A stretch of DNA of 64,000 bases from an uncultured Thermoplasmata archaeon (GTDB taxonomy: Archaea; Thermoplasmatota; Thermoplasmata; UBA10834). Below are positions 30,603 to 40,640 of this stretch, in pieces. The stretch covers positions 256,001 through 320,000 of the forward strand of contig CAVRDX010000004.1 in NCBI GenBank assembly GCA_963719945.1, written 5' to 3'. Numbering within the stretch: position 1 is the stretch's first letter; every line of letters begins with the position of its first letter. The notes beneath the pieces are model-generated. The model saw only the letters and a list, made by a program, of their open reading frames with translations. It did not search any database and was not told the origin of the DNA. Both the position numbers and the translations under genes were made by a program.

Positions 30603-33600
30603 TCACTCGACCACGGTTATCAGGATCTCGATCCTGAACATGCTCGAGGATCCGAGGAACCCGAAGGTCGCCGCACCAACATATGTCCCAGGGATGGCGG
30701 GCATGCTGTAATCGATGCTGAACGAGTACAGGCCAGACGAAACTAACGGTTCTATCCCGATCGCTGTTGTATAGGTCCCTTCGACACCTATCTGGACGTT
30801 CAGTCCGAAGTATCCAGGGTTGCCGACCACCGTGTAGCCGAGAACCTTCACCAGGTATGTTCCATCAGCCACATCCCTCAAGGTGAGGCTCTCGTCCGAT
30901 CCGCCTGCTCCGACATACCAGTACGGCTCCGTCAATGACGCTATGCCGTCCTCGTTGGCATCGTACCAGACTCCCATATCGATGTCCGGGCAATCAGACA
31001 CTTCCCATACCGACACCTTCAGCAAGGCTGCGCTCTCGACATAGATCGGCATCGTGTATTCTGCATTCGCAAGGTCGGAGTCGAAGTTGCTGCTTAGGAC
31101 GCCCTGGTATATGGGCTCGTTCTCCCACAGGTACGATCTGGTCGGGTCCTCGCCGCTTCCGCTAGCCTCTATCTCGCCGTCAAGGTTCACATCGAACCAC
31201 GCAGGTATTGATCCCGCCAACGGATCTCCATCCGAGAGGTCCAGTTCGAATTCGACCGCGGACGGTTCAAGACCGTTCAGAACGATCATCTTCGTGTATC
31301 CTTCGAGTGTCTCTGTCGGCGCATCGCCTGATATGAGCGGACACCTTGTGACGACCGCGAACGGAGCAGGAGAGCCTACTGCGGTCTCATATGCACCTAG
31401 TGGAGCTGCTATCGCTTCCTTAGGTCCGCCCGTGTTCGTCCATGAGCCGAATATGCCCGCGCCCATGTACCGCTCGTCACTGGATGCGATACCTGTCTCA
31501 TAGTATCCCGGTCCATATGGGTCATCGAACACTCCACTCCATTCGCTCTCTGGATCAGTCGCGACTGGCGCGAGGATGTGTATGTTTATGTCGGTCGGCA
31601 GGTCTGTCCATTCGACGCATGTCAATAGGTACGCGTTCGGATCGGGCAGTTCCGTCGGAAGCGACCAGTATATTCTCCAGTCGCCTACCTCGAACCTCCA
31701 GTATTTGTCAGTCACACCAGTCACCTCGTTGTTGTATGGAGTGTCGAAGTAGGATTCACCGCCGAATTCGAACTCGTATGATTGCGCAGGCACGTGTATG
31801 ACGATCGGCATGCATTGCATCCTCTCGCCATCGTCTATGTAGACAGCTGCACCGTACGAGCCAACATATGCATCATCGGGTACCGAGACGAGCAGTTCCC
31901 ACGCGAGTTGTCCTCCCGCTGGGACTGTTGCGGTCAGGCTGGATGACCATTCCCCCGTCCCTGCCGCCCTCACTTTCGCCCATGGGAATTCGTCCAGTTC
32001 GTAGTAGTCCAACTGGAGGCTGACTTCCGTTCCCGCCATCGGGGCGATCGACCTTACCCTGACGATCAGACCATCGGATGTCCTCTCGATCGGGTCCTTG
32101 AGCATTATCTGGTTGGCGTTGCATTGCGAGCCGTCCACACTGTACCTGAACAGTTCCCAGTTCCCGGTGCTCGTGCCTATTACACCATTGCCATTCAGAT
32201 CTATCCAGTCGTGCATCTCGAGCCAATACTCGACATTCTGAACATAGTCCTGTTCAGGGTCGGTCTGCTCGTACGGGATGTACATAGTGACCTCCAGGAG
32301 GTCCGTGGATGCAGGCACGTAAGTCGTGATATCGACATATATGTCTGATCTGGGCTTTGTGACGAAGTTCAGGGTGTCACTGCCGGTCTTGAGCAGGATC
32401 TCTGGCGATACGACCACCTCAGCATCCTCTGTGCCGAAGTTGTTCGAAGTCACTCCCTGGATCGCTTCCTGTCCGGGCAGCATGAAGTTCGGGAACATCT
32501 CGTAGCTCTGACCGTAGACATCGCCTGGATAGACGACACCCTCGGTGAAGACCTCTCCCTGAGTCGTGGAAACCACGCCTGCTGCACCGCTCATGGCATC
32601 GGTGAAAGTCTTCGCGTTCAGCCAGCCAGATCCTTGCTTGAACGGATCGAAGTGCATGTCATCGGCAGATGCTAGCAGGACCGCCTTGGCGTAATCCTTC
32701 ACAGGTATCGCGCCTTCGTTCGCGAGCTTATATGCCTGGTATCCGAGAGCTGCGCCTCCTGCTGCAGTCGGCGTCGCATGGCTCGTCCCGCTTCCAAGCT
32801 GCGAGTGCCTGTACCCGTTCCCTATTGCTTCGTTCACCATGACGCTCATGCTCGGGTCATAGTTGAGCGGAGCCGGTTCCATGGAGTACATGCCAGAAGC
32901 GATGATCTCGGAGTTCAGCTTGCCGTTCCTTCCAGGTCCGGAGTTCGAGAACGGCGCCACGTCTCCCCACTGCGCATTGCCTGCGGGTTCGTAGCCCATG
33001 ATGCCTCTGTACTGCATCGTCGTACCCGCACCAACATGGACCGAGGTGTAATCGGTCACACTGTGAACAGTACCGTATCCGGGCCCACCGTTTCCGGAGG
33101 ACCAGAACCATAGTGTCGGTCCTGACATCGAGATCGTGGTGGCGATCATATCTATCAGCTGATAGCCCGCGGCCACAGTGGTATCTGACCATCCGTAGCT
33201 GTTCGTGACTATGTCGGCCTCATCGCCGGTTCCCAGGATCCCATCAACACCGAATTGCGCAAACAGCCACGCGTTCACCGTACTTCCGGTGAATGGTATC
33301 GCTATGAGCTTCGCACCTGGTGCCATGCCCTCCAGCTGTCCGCCGTAGGTATAGCCATTCGCCAATGCTGCGGATGATGTCATAGTCCCATGCGTTCCCG
33401 CATAGGCTCCCATGAATGCTACCGCGTCGCCTGAGCCTGCAACGAACTCCGCTCCGTATGTCCATTCGGATGCGGGGTATTTGTTGACACCATCGCTGAT
33501 CCAGTAGACCATTCCACCGGAATAGTCGGCATATCCATCGCCAGCGTTCCATGCGGAGAAGTCGCTCTTCCCGGTGCTGGCATTGTACGCATCGAAATAC

Positions 33601-34586
33601 GATATCTCATCGCCCATGACGCACGCCTTGTCGTTGGTGAAATCGAAATCGCGTGTGACATCGACGTAGACCGTATCGTAGACGCCGGCCACCTGTGAGT
33701 CAATGACCAGTACCGCGATGGGTCCTCCCCAGAGCTGCTCAAGGGTCCAGTCAGGGCTGTATCCCATGTGGACCACACCGCTCTGGCTCGATAGAGCGTT
33801 GCCATCGACATCGGTCAGTCCCTTAATCAGGTACTTCGTGCCGTCGAACTTCACGTACTTGCTATTCTTGACTGTGATCTCGGTCGAAGTGTCTACCACG
33901 CCTCCGCCCGTGCTGCCGCTCGCCCATTGGCTGGCGGCATAGTCATCGTAGCAGATGGGCCATCCGGCATATGTGCCGGACTCATACCTTGCCTGCTGTC
34001 CTTGCAGGTCTGGATGAGCCATGTCGAACCCGTCGTCGATGTCGGCCAACAGTATCGTCTCGCCCGTGTAACCGTCCTCCCATGCGGCCACCGCGCCATG
34101 TACCTCATCTACATCGATATCCTCTGGCTGCGGTGCAGCTACAGCGGCGACCTCTTCCCTCGCGAGGTCTACTCTGTACGAATCGACCATTGGTCTCTCA
34201 TAAGCAAGGATGCTGGTCACTCCATCACTGTCTCCGAGCGCAAGGACCGTCTCCTTGTCCAGAGTCATGAGGCTCGTCAATTGGATGCCTGGAAATTCTT
34301 TTGCCTTTATCGGAGACAATCCTTCAGAGACCAGGAGTTCATTGACCATCTCCTTGTCCGATACGATCACATAGACTTCGAAGGGCCCGTCAGATTCCGA
34401 CAAATCATTCAAGAGTCCGGAATCGATCTTGGACCCGCCCACATAACCCACACTTCTCGCTACATCTCCGTTCACCGCTGCCTGCTCCGCAGCTATCGGT
34501 GCGGAGCCGAGAACGACGAACGATGTCATTACCATCAGAGATGCTAGCGCGAAACTCAGCGCGGCTTTCCTGAAAAACGTATTCAC
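30603..34586 (-). CDS. Large secreted S8 (subtilisin-like) serine peptidase
   Basis: Signal peptide; catalytic D (IDDG), H (HGTMTSS), oxyanion N (SGNGG) and S (SGTSHATP); long C-terminal beta domains. Confidence 0.9.
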   Translation of the reverse strand: MNTFFRKAALSFALASLMVMTSFVVLGSAPIAAEQAAVNGDVARSVGYVGGSKIDSGLLNDLSESDGPFEVYVIVSDKEMVNELLVSEGLSPIKAKEFPGIQLTSLMTLDKETVLALGDSDGVTSILAYERPMVDSYRVDLAREEVAAVAAPQPEDIDVDEVHGAVAAWEDGYTGETILLADIDDGFDMAHPDLQGQQARYESGTYAGWPICYDDYAASQWASGSTGGGVVDTSTEITVKNSKYVKFDGTKYLIKGLTDVDGNALSSQSGVVHMGYSPDWTLEQLWGGPIAVLVIDSQVAGVYDTVYVDVTRDFDFTNDKACVMGDEISYFDAYNASTGKSDFSAWNAGDGYADYSGGMVYWISDGVNKYPASEWTYGAEFVAGSGDAVAFMGAYAGTHGTMTSSAALANGYTYGGQLEGMAPGAKLIAIPFTGSTVNAWLFAQFGVDGILGTGDEADIVTNSYGWSDTTVAAGYQLIDMIATTISMSGPTLWFWSSGNGGPGYGTVHSVTDYTSVHVGAGTTMQYRGIMGYEPAGNAQWGDVAPFSNSGPGRNGKLNSEIIASGMYSMEPAPLNYDPSMSVMVNEAIGNGYRHSQLGSGTSHATPTAAGGAALGYQAYKLANEGAIPVKDYAKAVLLASADDMHFDPFKQGSGWLNAKTFTDAMSGAAGVVSTTQGEVFTEGVVYPGDVYGQSYEMFPNFMLPGQEAIQGVTSNNFGTEDAEVVVSPEILLKTGSDTLNFVTKPRSDIYVDITTYVPASTDLLEVTMYIPYEQTDPEQDYVQNVEYWLEMHDWIDLNGNGVIGTSTGNWELFRYSVDGSQCNANQIMLKDPIERTSDGLIVRVRSIAPMAGTEVSLQLDYYELDEFPWAKVRAAGTGEWSSSLTATVPAGGQLAWELLVSVPDDAYVGSYGAAVYIDDGERMQCMPIVIHVPAQSYEFEFGGESYFDTPYNNEVTGVTDKYWRFEVGDWRIYWSLPTELPDPNAYLLTCVEWTDLPTDINIHILAPVATDPESEWSGVFDDPYGPGYYETGIASSDERYMGAGIFGSWTNTGGPKEAIAAPLGAYETAVGSPAPFAVVTRCPLISGDAPTETLEGYTKMIVLNGLEPSAVEFELDLSDGDPLAGSIPAWFDVNLDGEIEASGSGEDPTRSYLWENEPIYQGVLSSNFDSDLANAEYTMPIYVESAALLKVSVWEVSDCPDIDMGVWYDANEDGIASLTEPYWYVGAGGSDESLTLRDVADGTYLVKVLGYTVVGNPGYFGLNVQIGVEGTYTTAIGIEPLVSSGLYSFSIDYSMPAIPGTYVGAATFGFLGSSSMFRIEILITVVE

Positions 34587-34605
34587 TGTTTACTCCCCCT
34601 ATACC

Positions 34606-34626
34606 TGACCACTCTGAGAGTGGTCA
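34606..34626. promoter_or_regulatory. Perfect inverted repeat in the 5' region of the S8 peptidase gene
   Basis: TGACCACTCT-G-AGAGTGGTCA, just upstream of the GGGGGAG ribosome-binding site. Confidence 0.5.
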
Positions 34627-34876
34627 TAACCGGTCAGTCCGAAACCGCAATTAGCGGTATTATACTCTATCGGTCAAAGGGTGGGGTCAGTAGTACGAAA
34701 ACTGAAGGAAATCGGTGCGTAAATGAACATGTGCGCGATTGCTGTCAAATCCCACTTTTCATGCCGTAAAATGTCGGAGATAGTCAATCGAAAGACGGTG
34801 TCACTTATCAATATTAAAGTACGAAGACGATTTCCCGTCCATTATAATCATCGGAGTCCGAGAATGGAATGATACA

Positions 34877-36451
34877 ATGAACAAGTACTCTCCAAAACCT
34901 TGGATCGTCCATGGCGCGAATGAGCCCAGTGATAGAATCACTGCCAAACGGATTGGGAAATTGCTCCTCAGCAAGCAGAGGATCGGCCTCTTGCTAGGCC
35001 CTCTGATGTTCGCAATCATCGTGCTCATTCCAGAGCCACAGTCCATGATAGACGCTGCATCGAACGTTGGTGCATCTGATCGTGCTCCTCAGATTGCATT
35101 GGGCACACTTCTCTGGGTCCTCATCTGGTGGGTCTCGGAATGTGTTCCGCTGGGGATTGCCGCGTTGATCCCTCCGATAGTCTTCTCGATGTCGCGGATA
35201 GTCGGCTGGAAGACATCGCTCACATCCTTCACTGACCCAATAATTTGGATATTCATGGCCGGTTTCGTTCTTGCTGCGGCATTCAGGAAGTGGGATCTGG
35301 ACCGCCGAATCGCGGTGAAGCTAGGCCTGCTGTACAAGGGCAAGAATCCCATGATAGCCGCATTCTTTGTCGCGGCCTTGCCTGTCTTCATACTCACGCT
35401 TACCGGTTCCATCACGGCATCGACTGCAGTCGTGTTCCCTTTCCTGATCGCATATCTCTCGATGGCTGGAGTCAAATCCGGTGGCAGGTACAGTGAGGCT
35501 TGTATGCTCGTGCTCGCTCAAGCGGCGACCGCAGGCGCGATGCTGCTCCTCATCAGCACTCCACCCAACTTGATTGCCAAGAGTACTGCAGCGGAATTCG
35601 GGAACATCGACATCACTTTCTTGGACTGGCTAATTATCGGGACACCCCATGCTCTGATCGGCCTTCTCATCACTTGGGTGGTCGTTTTCAAAGTCTTGAA
35701 GCCCGAGGAGAAGAGTGTCGCCGTGGACCGCGACAAGATGATTGCTCTGTCCAAACAGCTTGGCCGTATGAGTAAGGGGGAGAAGGTTGTAGTCGGCCTG
35801 TTGCTCACAGCGATCAGCTTGTGGGTGCTCCCCTCAGTAGTCAAGATACTGGCGGGCTACAACGAAGGTCTTCAGCCTCTTTCCAACGATCTGACTGCCA
35901 TAATGCCGGAGGCGATGCCTGCGGTCTTGGTGATTCTGCTGGCTGGTCTCATAAAGGTCAAGGGAGAACCGGTTCTCAAATGGGAGGAGCTTGCTCGAGG
36001 TATTGACTGGAACATCGTCTTCCTATTCGGAGGCGGCATCGCTCTGGGCATCGGACTCGCAGAGAGTGGGTTCGCGAATTGGCTCGCTACTGGCGTCAGT
36101 AGCGCCCTGGGGCCGGATCCGAGTGCATGGGCGATCTTCGCGATGTCATGTGTGCTCGGGTTCTTGTTGACATATGCTGCATCGAACACGGCCGCTGCGT
36201 TGATCACCTGTCCCATAGCTGCGACCCTCGCATTAGGTGCAGGAGTGTCCCCGATCCCGCCGATCATTGGAGCCGCCCTCGCCTGTTCCATATCTAGTGC
36301 CATCCCGTCGACGACGCCCCCGATGGCGATCGTCTACAGCTCGGGATATGTCAAGATGTGGAGCATGTTCAAGGTAGGGATCATTTCAGATTTGCTCAGG
36401 CTGGGCGTGTTGATATTGATCGGCCCATTCCTTGCCAATCTGCTGCTGTAA
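34877..36451 (+). CDS. SLC13/DASS family anion (dicarboxylate/sulfate) symporter
   Basis: WWVSECVP, TPPN, IDWNIVFLFGGGIAL, ASNTA and TPPMAIVY. Confidence 0.9.
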   Translation: MNKYSPKPWIVHGANEPSDRITAKRIGKLLLSKQRIGLLLGPLMFAIIVLIPEPQSMIDAASNVGASDRAPQIALGTLLWVLIWWVSECVPLGIAALIPPIVFSMSRIVGWKTSLTSFTDPIIWIFMAGFVLAAAFRKWDLDRRIAVKLGLLYKGKNPMIAAFFVAALPVFILTLTGSITASTAVVFPFLIAYLSMAGVKSGGRYSEACMLVLAQAATAGAMLLLISTPPNLIAKSTAAEFGNIDITFLDWLIIGTPHALIGLLITWVVVFKVLKPEEKSVAVDRDKMIALSKQLGRMSKGEKVVVGLLLTAISLWVLPSVVKILAGYNEGLQPLSNDLTAIMPEAMPAVLVILLAGLIKVKGEPVLKWEELARGIDWNIVFLFGGGIALGIGLAESGFANWLATGVSSALGPDPSAWAIFAMSCVLGFLLTYAASNTAAALITCPIAATLALGAGVSPIPPIIGAALACSISSAIPSTTPPMAIVYSSGYVKMWSMFKVGIISDLLRLGVLILIGPFLANLLL

Positions 36452-36578
36452 TCGGTCGCGTAATCATCTGGCGCGCGTCCGTTGAGCGCATGCCCGAGCG
36501 CGTGCGCGCGTGGCCAAGTGTGCCCATCATGCATGCTTAAATACGATTGGAACACAAGTGTACGTATAGGGATGCACG

Positions 36579-37736
36579 ATGCCACTGGATTTCATCAGCA
36601 GCGCGCTTAGCAGGAATAGTGAGCGTTCGTCTTCCGAGCAATCGAATGACGATCTTGAGATTGAGAAGATTGCAGCGGGCCTAAATGTCCGTATCAAACT
36701 TGTTGGCTGTGGCGGAGCTGGTTCGAACACCGTCACCAGGTGTTACGAGGACGATCTCTCTGGCGTTGAGATGATCGCGATCAATACCGATGCCAAACAT
36801 CTTCTATCCGTCAAATGCGGTCGGAAACTACTAATCGGAAAAGTCCTCACCAGGGGAATGGGTGCCGGTGCTAGACCAGAGATCGGTGAGAAGGCCGCGA
36901 TGGAGAATGAGCGCGAGATAGGCGAGTTCATGAAGGAGGCGCAGATCGTCTTTGTCACCGCCGGTATGGGTGGCGGAACCGGCACGAGTTCATCGTTCGT
37001 CGCGTCGCGTCTCGCAAAGGAGGCACGCGCACTCACCATTGGTATCGTCACTCTTCCGTTCAAATCCGAAGGGCAGATGCGAATGGATAATGCGCTGTCA
37101 GGATTGACGCGCTTGTCGAAAGTATGCGACACTACGATCGTGATACCGAACGATACGCTGCTCGAACTAGTCCCCAACCTTCCTGTACAGGCTGCGTTCA
37201 AAGTAGCTGACGAACTTCTTCTGCAGACAATTCGGGGATTGACCGAGATGCTCACTCGCTCAGGATTGGTGAATGTTGATTTCGCGGACCTGAGGACGAT
37301 CATGGATGAAGGCGGAGTCTCGTTGATCGGTGTGGGTGAGTCAGATAGTGCTCCAGGCGACAGGATGGATGAAGCAGTCAACGAGGCAATGACTTCGCCG
37401 TTGCTGGGAATGATGGATCTGAAAGAGGCCAAGGGTGCATTGATCAGGGTCGTTGGCGGTCCGGACATGACCATCGAAGAAGCAGCGAGGGCTGCGGAGA
37501 TCATCTCAGGTAGACTGAGGCAAAATGGTCGGTTGATCTGGGGCTGCTCCCTCGAACCGGAGATGTCTGGCCGAGTCAAGATACTACTCATAGCGACAGG
37601 GGCGAAATCGCAGTACGTGCTTCGGAGAGATGGAGAAGATCCGGTCATGCAGTCGGCATGCCAGGATTACCGTGGCGAAATCAACCTGCCACCGGATATC
37701 CGTTCGGACGAAGACCTTGCGATGTTCGTCAGATGA
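36579..37736 (+). CDS. ftsZ: FtsZ-family tubulin-like GTPase (divergent paralogue)
   Basis: GCGGAGSN, NTD, GMGGGTGT, PFKSEG and T7 loop NVDFAD. Confidence 0.92.
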   Translation: MPLDFISSALSRNSERSSSEQSNDDLEIEKIAAGLNVRIKLVGCGGAGSNTVTRCYEDDLSGVEMIAINTDAKHLLSVKCGRKLLIGKVLTRGMGAGARPEIGEKAAMENEREIGEFMKEAQIVFVTAGMGGGTGTSSSFVASRLAKEARALTIGIVTLPFKSEGQMRMDNALSGLTRLSKVCDTTIVIPNDTLLELVPNLPVQAAFKVADELLLQTIRGLTEMLTRSGLVNVDFADLRTIMDEGGVSLIGVGESDSAPGDRMDEAVNEAMTSPLLGMMDLKEAKGALIRVVGGPDMTIEEAARAAEIISGRLRQNGRLIWGCSLEPEMSGRVKILLIATGAKSQYVLRRDGEDPVMQSACQDYRGEINLPPDIRSDEDLAMFVR

Positions 37737-37743
37737 ATCCGTG

Positions 37744-39648
37744 TCATATCCCTAGAATGATGTGAGCCGCTGTTCCCATGATGAGCGCTATTGAGACGGA
37801 TCCCAACGCGACTAGGACTGTGCTCTTCATACCGAACTCCTTCACCATCACAGCGAACGCAGCGATGCACGGCAGGAATATGGCCATCACGAGTGCGAAC
37901 ACGAACATCTGTTCAGGGGACAGCTGAAGTGCGAGGTTGCTCGTTCCGAACAGTATCATCAACATCTGCAGTGCCATCTCCTTCCTGAGTATGCCGAACA
38001 CCAATGCGATCACGGTGACACCAGGAAGTCCTAGCAGAGTCATCATGAACCATTCGGATGGACCTATCAATTTGTCCAGCCAGCCGATCACCATCATCGT
38101 CTCAAGGACGATGCTGCCTGCAAGCAGAAGCGGGAAAGCTATCGTGAGGAACTCCTTGACGCGTAGGTATGTTTTCGACAAAATCTGCATCAAGGATGGA
38201 GTTCTCAGATCGGGTATCTCGAGGAATAATCCCGTCGGTTCGAACTTGATAATCTTATGCATCGCATAGCCGAGCGCGACCAGGATGCCCCCTAGTATGA
38301 AATATATCAGTAGCGCCCACCAGACACCTGCGTAATTCCCGACGGTTCCGATGATGATTGCAGTCTGCGCAGAGCAAGGCACCGCTATCGTGATGAGGGT
38401 GGCGAGGATCAGTCGCTCTCTCTTCGACCCCATCGCCCTGGTGGCGAGTATTGCCGGCACATTGCATCCATACCCAACGACCATCGGGATTACAGCTCGT
38501 CCGTGAAGGCCGAATCTGTGCATGACGCCATCGAGCAAAGAGACGACCCTTACGAGATATCCAGTGTCTTCAAGGACTGCAAGCATCAGGTAGAATACCA
38601 GTATGTACGGAACGACGATTGCTAGCATAGCCTCGATGCTAAGGTAGATCCCTTCGACGATTCCTTTTGCGATATCACTGGATAAACCGTTTTCAAAATC
38701 GTTGAAGGGTTGTCTAGCAAGGTCTGAATATGTCCCCACTAGCAATCCCTCGATTGCACCGCCGACGAATACCAGGATCAGGAATATTGACGCCAGTACC
38801 GCTACGAGGATCGGGATTCCAGTCGCGGGTCGAAGGGTCAAGTCTGAGATCAGGCTCCTGTCACGCCTCGCCGTGGCAACCTTACCGATGGCTTCATTCG
38901 AGATTCTGCCAGCTTCCCCAAATCTGTCCCTTTGAATGTGGACTATGACATCCTCGCCATGCTGCTTTTCGAAGTTCTTCCGCATCTCCTCAATGAGTGT
39001 TGCGACCTCTGGCGTGGTCTTCTCCATCACCTTCGGATCCCCGCTCAGCAATCTGATAGCGGCTGCTCTCAACGGGATGTCCCATCTACTTTCATCGAGT
39101 CGGGATTCGATCTTTCTGATCATCTCTTCTATGTGCGAATCGTAGCGGACCTTGAACTTGCTCTTCTTTCTAAGCTGGACTGAAGTGAACAAAAGCGAAT
39201 CGATCCCTTCTCCAGTGGTTGCCACTGTCGGGATGACTGGAATCGATAGAATCCTTTCGAGTCGCTCGACATCGATTATGAGCTTCTTCTTCCTCATGAT
39301 GTCGTACATGTTCAGCGAAGCGACGACATTGTATCCCGATTCTATGAGCTCGAAGAGGAACACAAGATTCCTCTCCAATCTAGAGGAATCGAGCACTGCA
39401 ATGACTGTATCTGGCCTTCTTTTGAAGAGAAGATCCGTGGCGACCCGTTCGTCATCAGTATTTCCGTCGAGTGAATATGTTCCCGGAAGGTCGATCACCG
39501 TGATAGTTGACCCCATGAACTTTGCCTGTCCTTCTGAGAATTCGACCGTGGTTCCAGGATAGTTGGAACTGATTACTCCTACTCCAGTCAGTTTTCCGAA
39601 TATCTGGCTCTTGCCAACATTCGGGTTCCCTGCGAGAGCGATCTCCAC
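37744..39648 (-). CDS. feoB: Ferrous iron transporter B
   Basis: GNPNVGKS, NYPGTTVE, DLPG, LEDTGY, GYGCNVPA, PCSA and RKE. Confidence 0.95.
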   Translation of the reverse strand: MEIALAGNPNVGKSQIFGKLTGVGVISSNYPGTTVEFSEGQAKFMGSTITVIDLPGTYSLDGNTDDERVATDLLFKRRPDTVIAVLDSSRLERNLVFLFELIESGYNVVASLNMYDIMRKKKLIIDVERLERILSIPVIPTVATTGEGIDSLLFTSVQLRKKSKFKVRYDSHIEEMIRKIESRLDESRWDIPLRAAAIRLLSGDPKVMEKTTPEVATLIEEMRKNFEKQHGEDVIVHIQRDRFGEAGRISNEAIGKVATARRDRSLISDLTLRPATGIPILVAVLASIFLILVFVGGAIEGLLVGTYSDLARQPFNDFENGLSSDIAKGIVEGIYLSIEAMLAIVVPYILVFYLMLAVLEDTGYLVRVVSLLDGVMHRFGLHGRAVIPMVVGYGCNVPAILATRAMGSKRERLILATLITIAVPCSAQTAIIIGTVGNYAGVWWALLIYFILGGILVALGYAMHKIIKFEPTGLFLEIPDLRTPSLMQILSKTYLRVKEFLTIAFPLLLAGSIVLETMMVIGWLDKLIGPSEWFMMTLLGLPGVTVIALVFGILRKEMALQMLMILFGTSNLALQLSPEQMFVFALVMAIFLPCIAAFAVMVKEFGMKSTVLVALGSVSIALIMGTAAHIILGI

Positions 39649-39657
39649 CCCATCACC

Positions 39658-40326
39658 TCAAGAAGCCCTCATGATCCGAAGGGTCGCTCCGATATCCCTG
39701 GCGATCGCCACCTTCGTGCCTTTCACGGAGACGATTATTGGTCCTCCCATTGGGATCTTCTTCTCCATCTTCACCTCAGAGCCCGGAACGAACCCCATCG
39801 CTAGTATCCTGCATAATTCGTCCTTGTTGGTCGACTCCAGATGTGAGACGGTTCCCACCTCTCCCTCGTCGAGATCCAGCAGAAGCACAGTATCGTTCGC
39901 GCATTTCTCACAAGGTATCCCCCGACCACATTTCGGTATCTTCTTGCCGTGGGGACATTCGGATGGATGGTTCAACAATCTGCAGAGCTGCTGTTCCGCT
40001 TCATCTGACAATGCATGCTCCATCTTGCACGCCTGTTCATGTCTGGAATTGCCTCTGATCCCAACATAATCATGCAGGAACCTTTCGAGGAGTCTATGCT
40101 TTCTGGTGACATTGCACGCTATTCTGCGCCCCTTCGGCTTAAGGGTGACTCCCTTGTACTTTTCATGACTGACATAGCCCTGCTTGGCGAGTTTCTGTAT
40201 CATCTCGGTCACGGAGGCGGGTGAGATGGCCAGTGCCTCCGCTATGTCCGAAGTCCTTGCCAGGCCGCCATCCTCTGTCAGGCTGTATACTATCTTGAGG
40301 TACTGCTCAGTTATCTCCGAGGCCAT
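39658..40326 (-). CDS. DtxR/MntR-family metal-dependent repressor with C-terminal FeoA domain
   Basis: EQYLK, SPASVTEM, RKHRLLERFL, ACKMEH, CPHG; FeoA-like MGFVPG...GGPI. Confidence 0.92.
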   Translation of the reverse strand: MASEITEQYLKIVYSLTEDGGLARTSDIAEALAISPASVTEMIQKLAKQGYVSHEKYKGVTLKPKGRRIACNVTRKHRLLERFLHDYVGIRGNSRHEQACKMEHALSDEAEQQLCRLLNHPSECPHGKKIPKCGRGIPCEKCANDTVLLLDLDEGEVGTVSHLESTNKDELCRILAMGFVPGSEVKMEKKIPMGGPIIVSVKGTKVAIARDIGATLRIMRAS

Positions 40327-40336
40327 CTGAAGGGAA

Positions 40337-40350
40337 TTAGGCTGACCTAA
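40337..40350. promoter_or_regulatory. Putative DtxR-family operator
   Basis: TTAGG-CTGA-CCTAA palindrome between a TATA box (TTTATAA, minus strand) and the ATG of the DtxR gene. Confidence 0.7.
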
Positions 40351-40415
40351 ATTATAAACCTTGCTCCTGTGTGTGATCAGCTCCGAGGTCGTTCAACCTG
40401 GGTTCTGAGCTCTTT

Positions 40416-40625
40416 TCATTTCCGATGGTCAAGGTACCTCTTGAATGGGTATGTCTTCAGCTTGATGTCCCTCTCCCCATCAGGAGGATATTCCTCATTA
40501 TATTCCATCTTAGCAACATCGAGTTCCTTCTCGTTCAGAGAGGATGGTTTTATTCCATAATTCTGAACGAGCCAAGTCTCAAAATCGAATTTCAGCCAAA
40601 CCACCATAAATGGAAGCACTAACAT
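40416..40625 (-). CDS. Small hypothetical protein
   Basis: Open frame filling the gap; start uncertain. Confidence 0.35.
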   Translation of the reverse strand: MLVLPFMVVWLKFDFETWLVQNYGIKPSSLNEKELDVAKMEYNEEYPPDGERDIKLKTYPFKRYLDHRK

Positions 40626-40640
40626 GGGAATTAAACCCTT

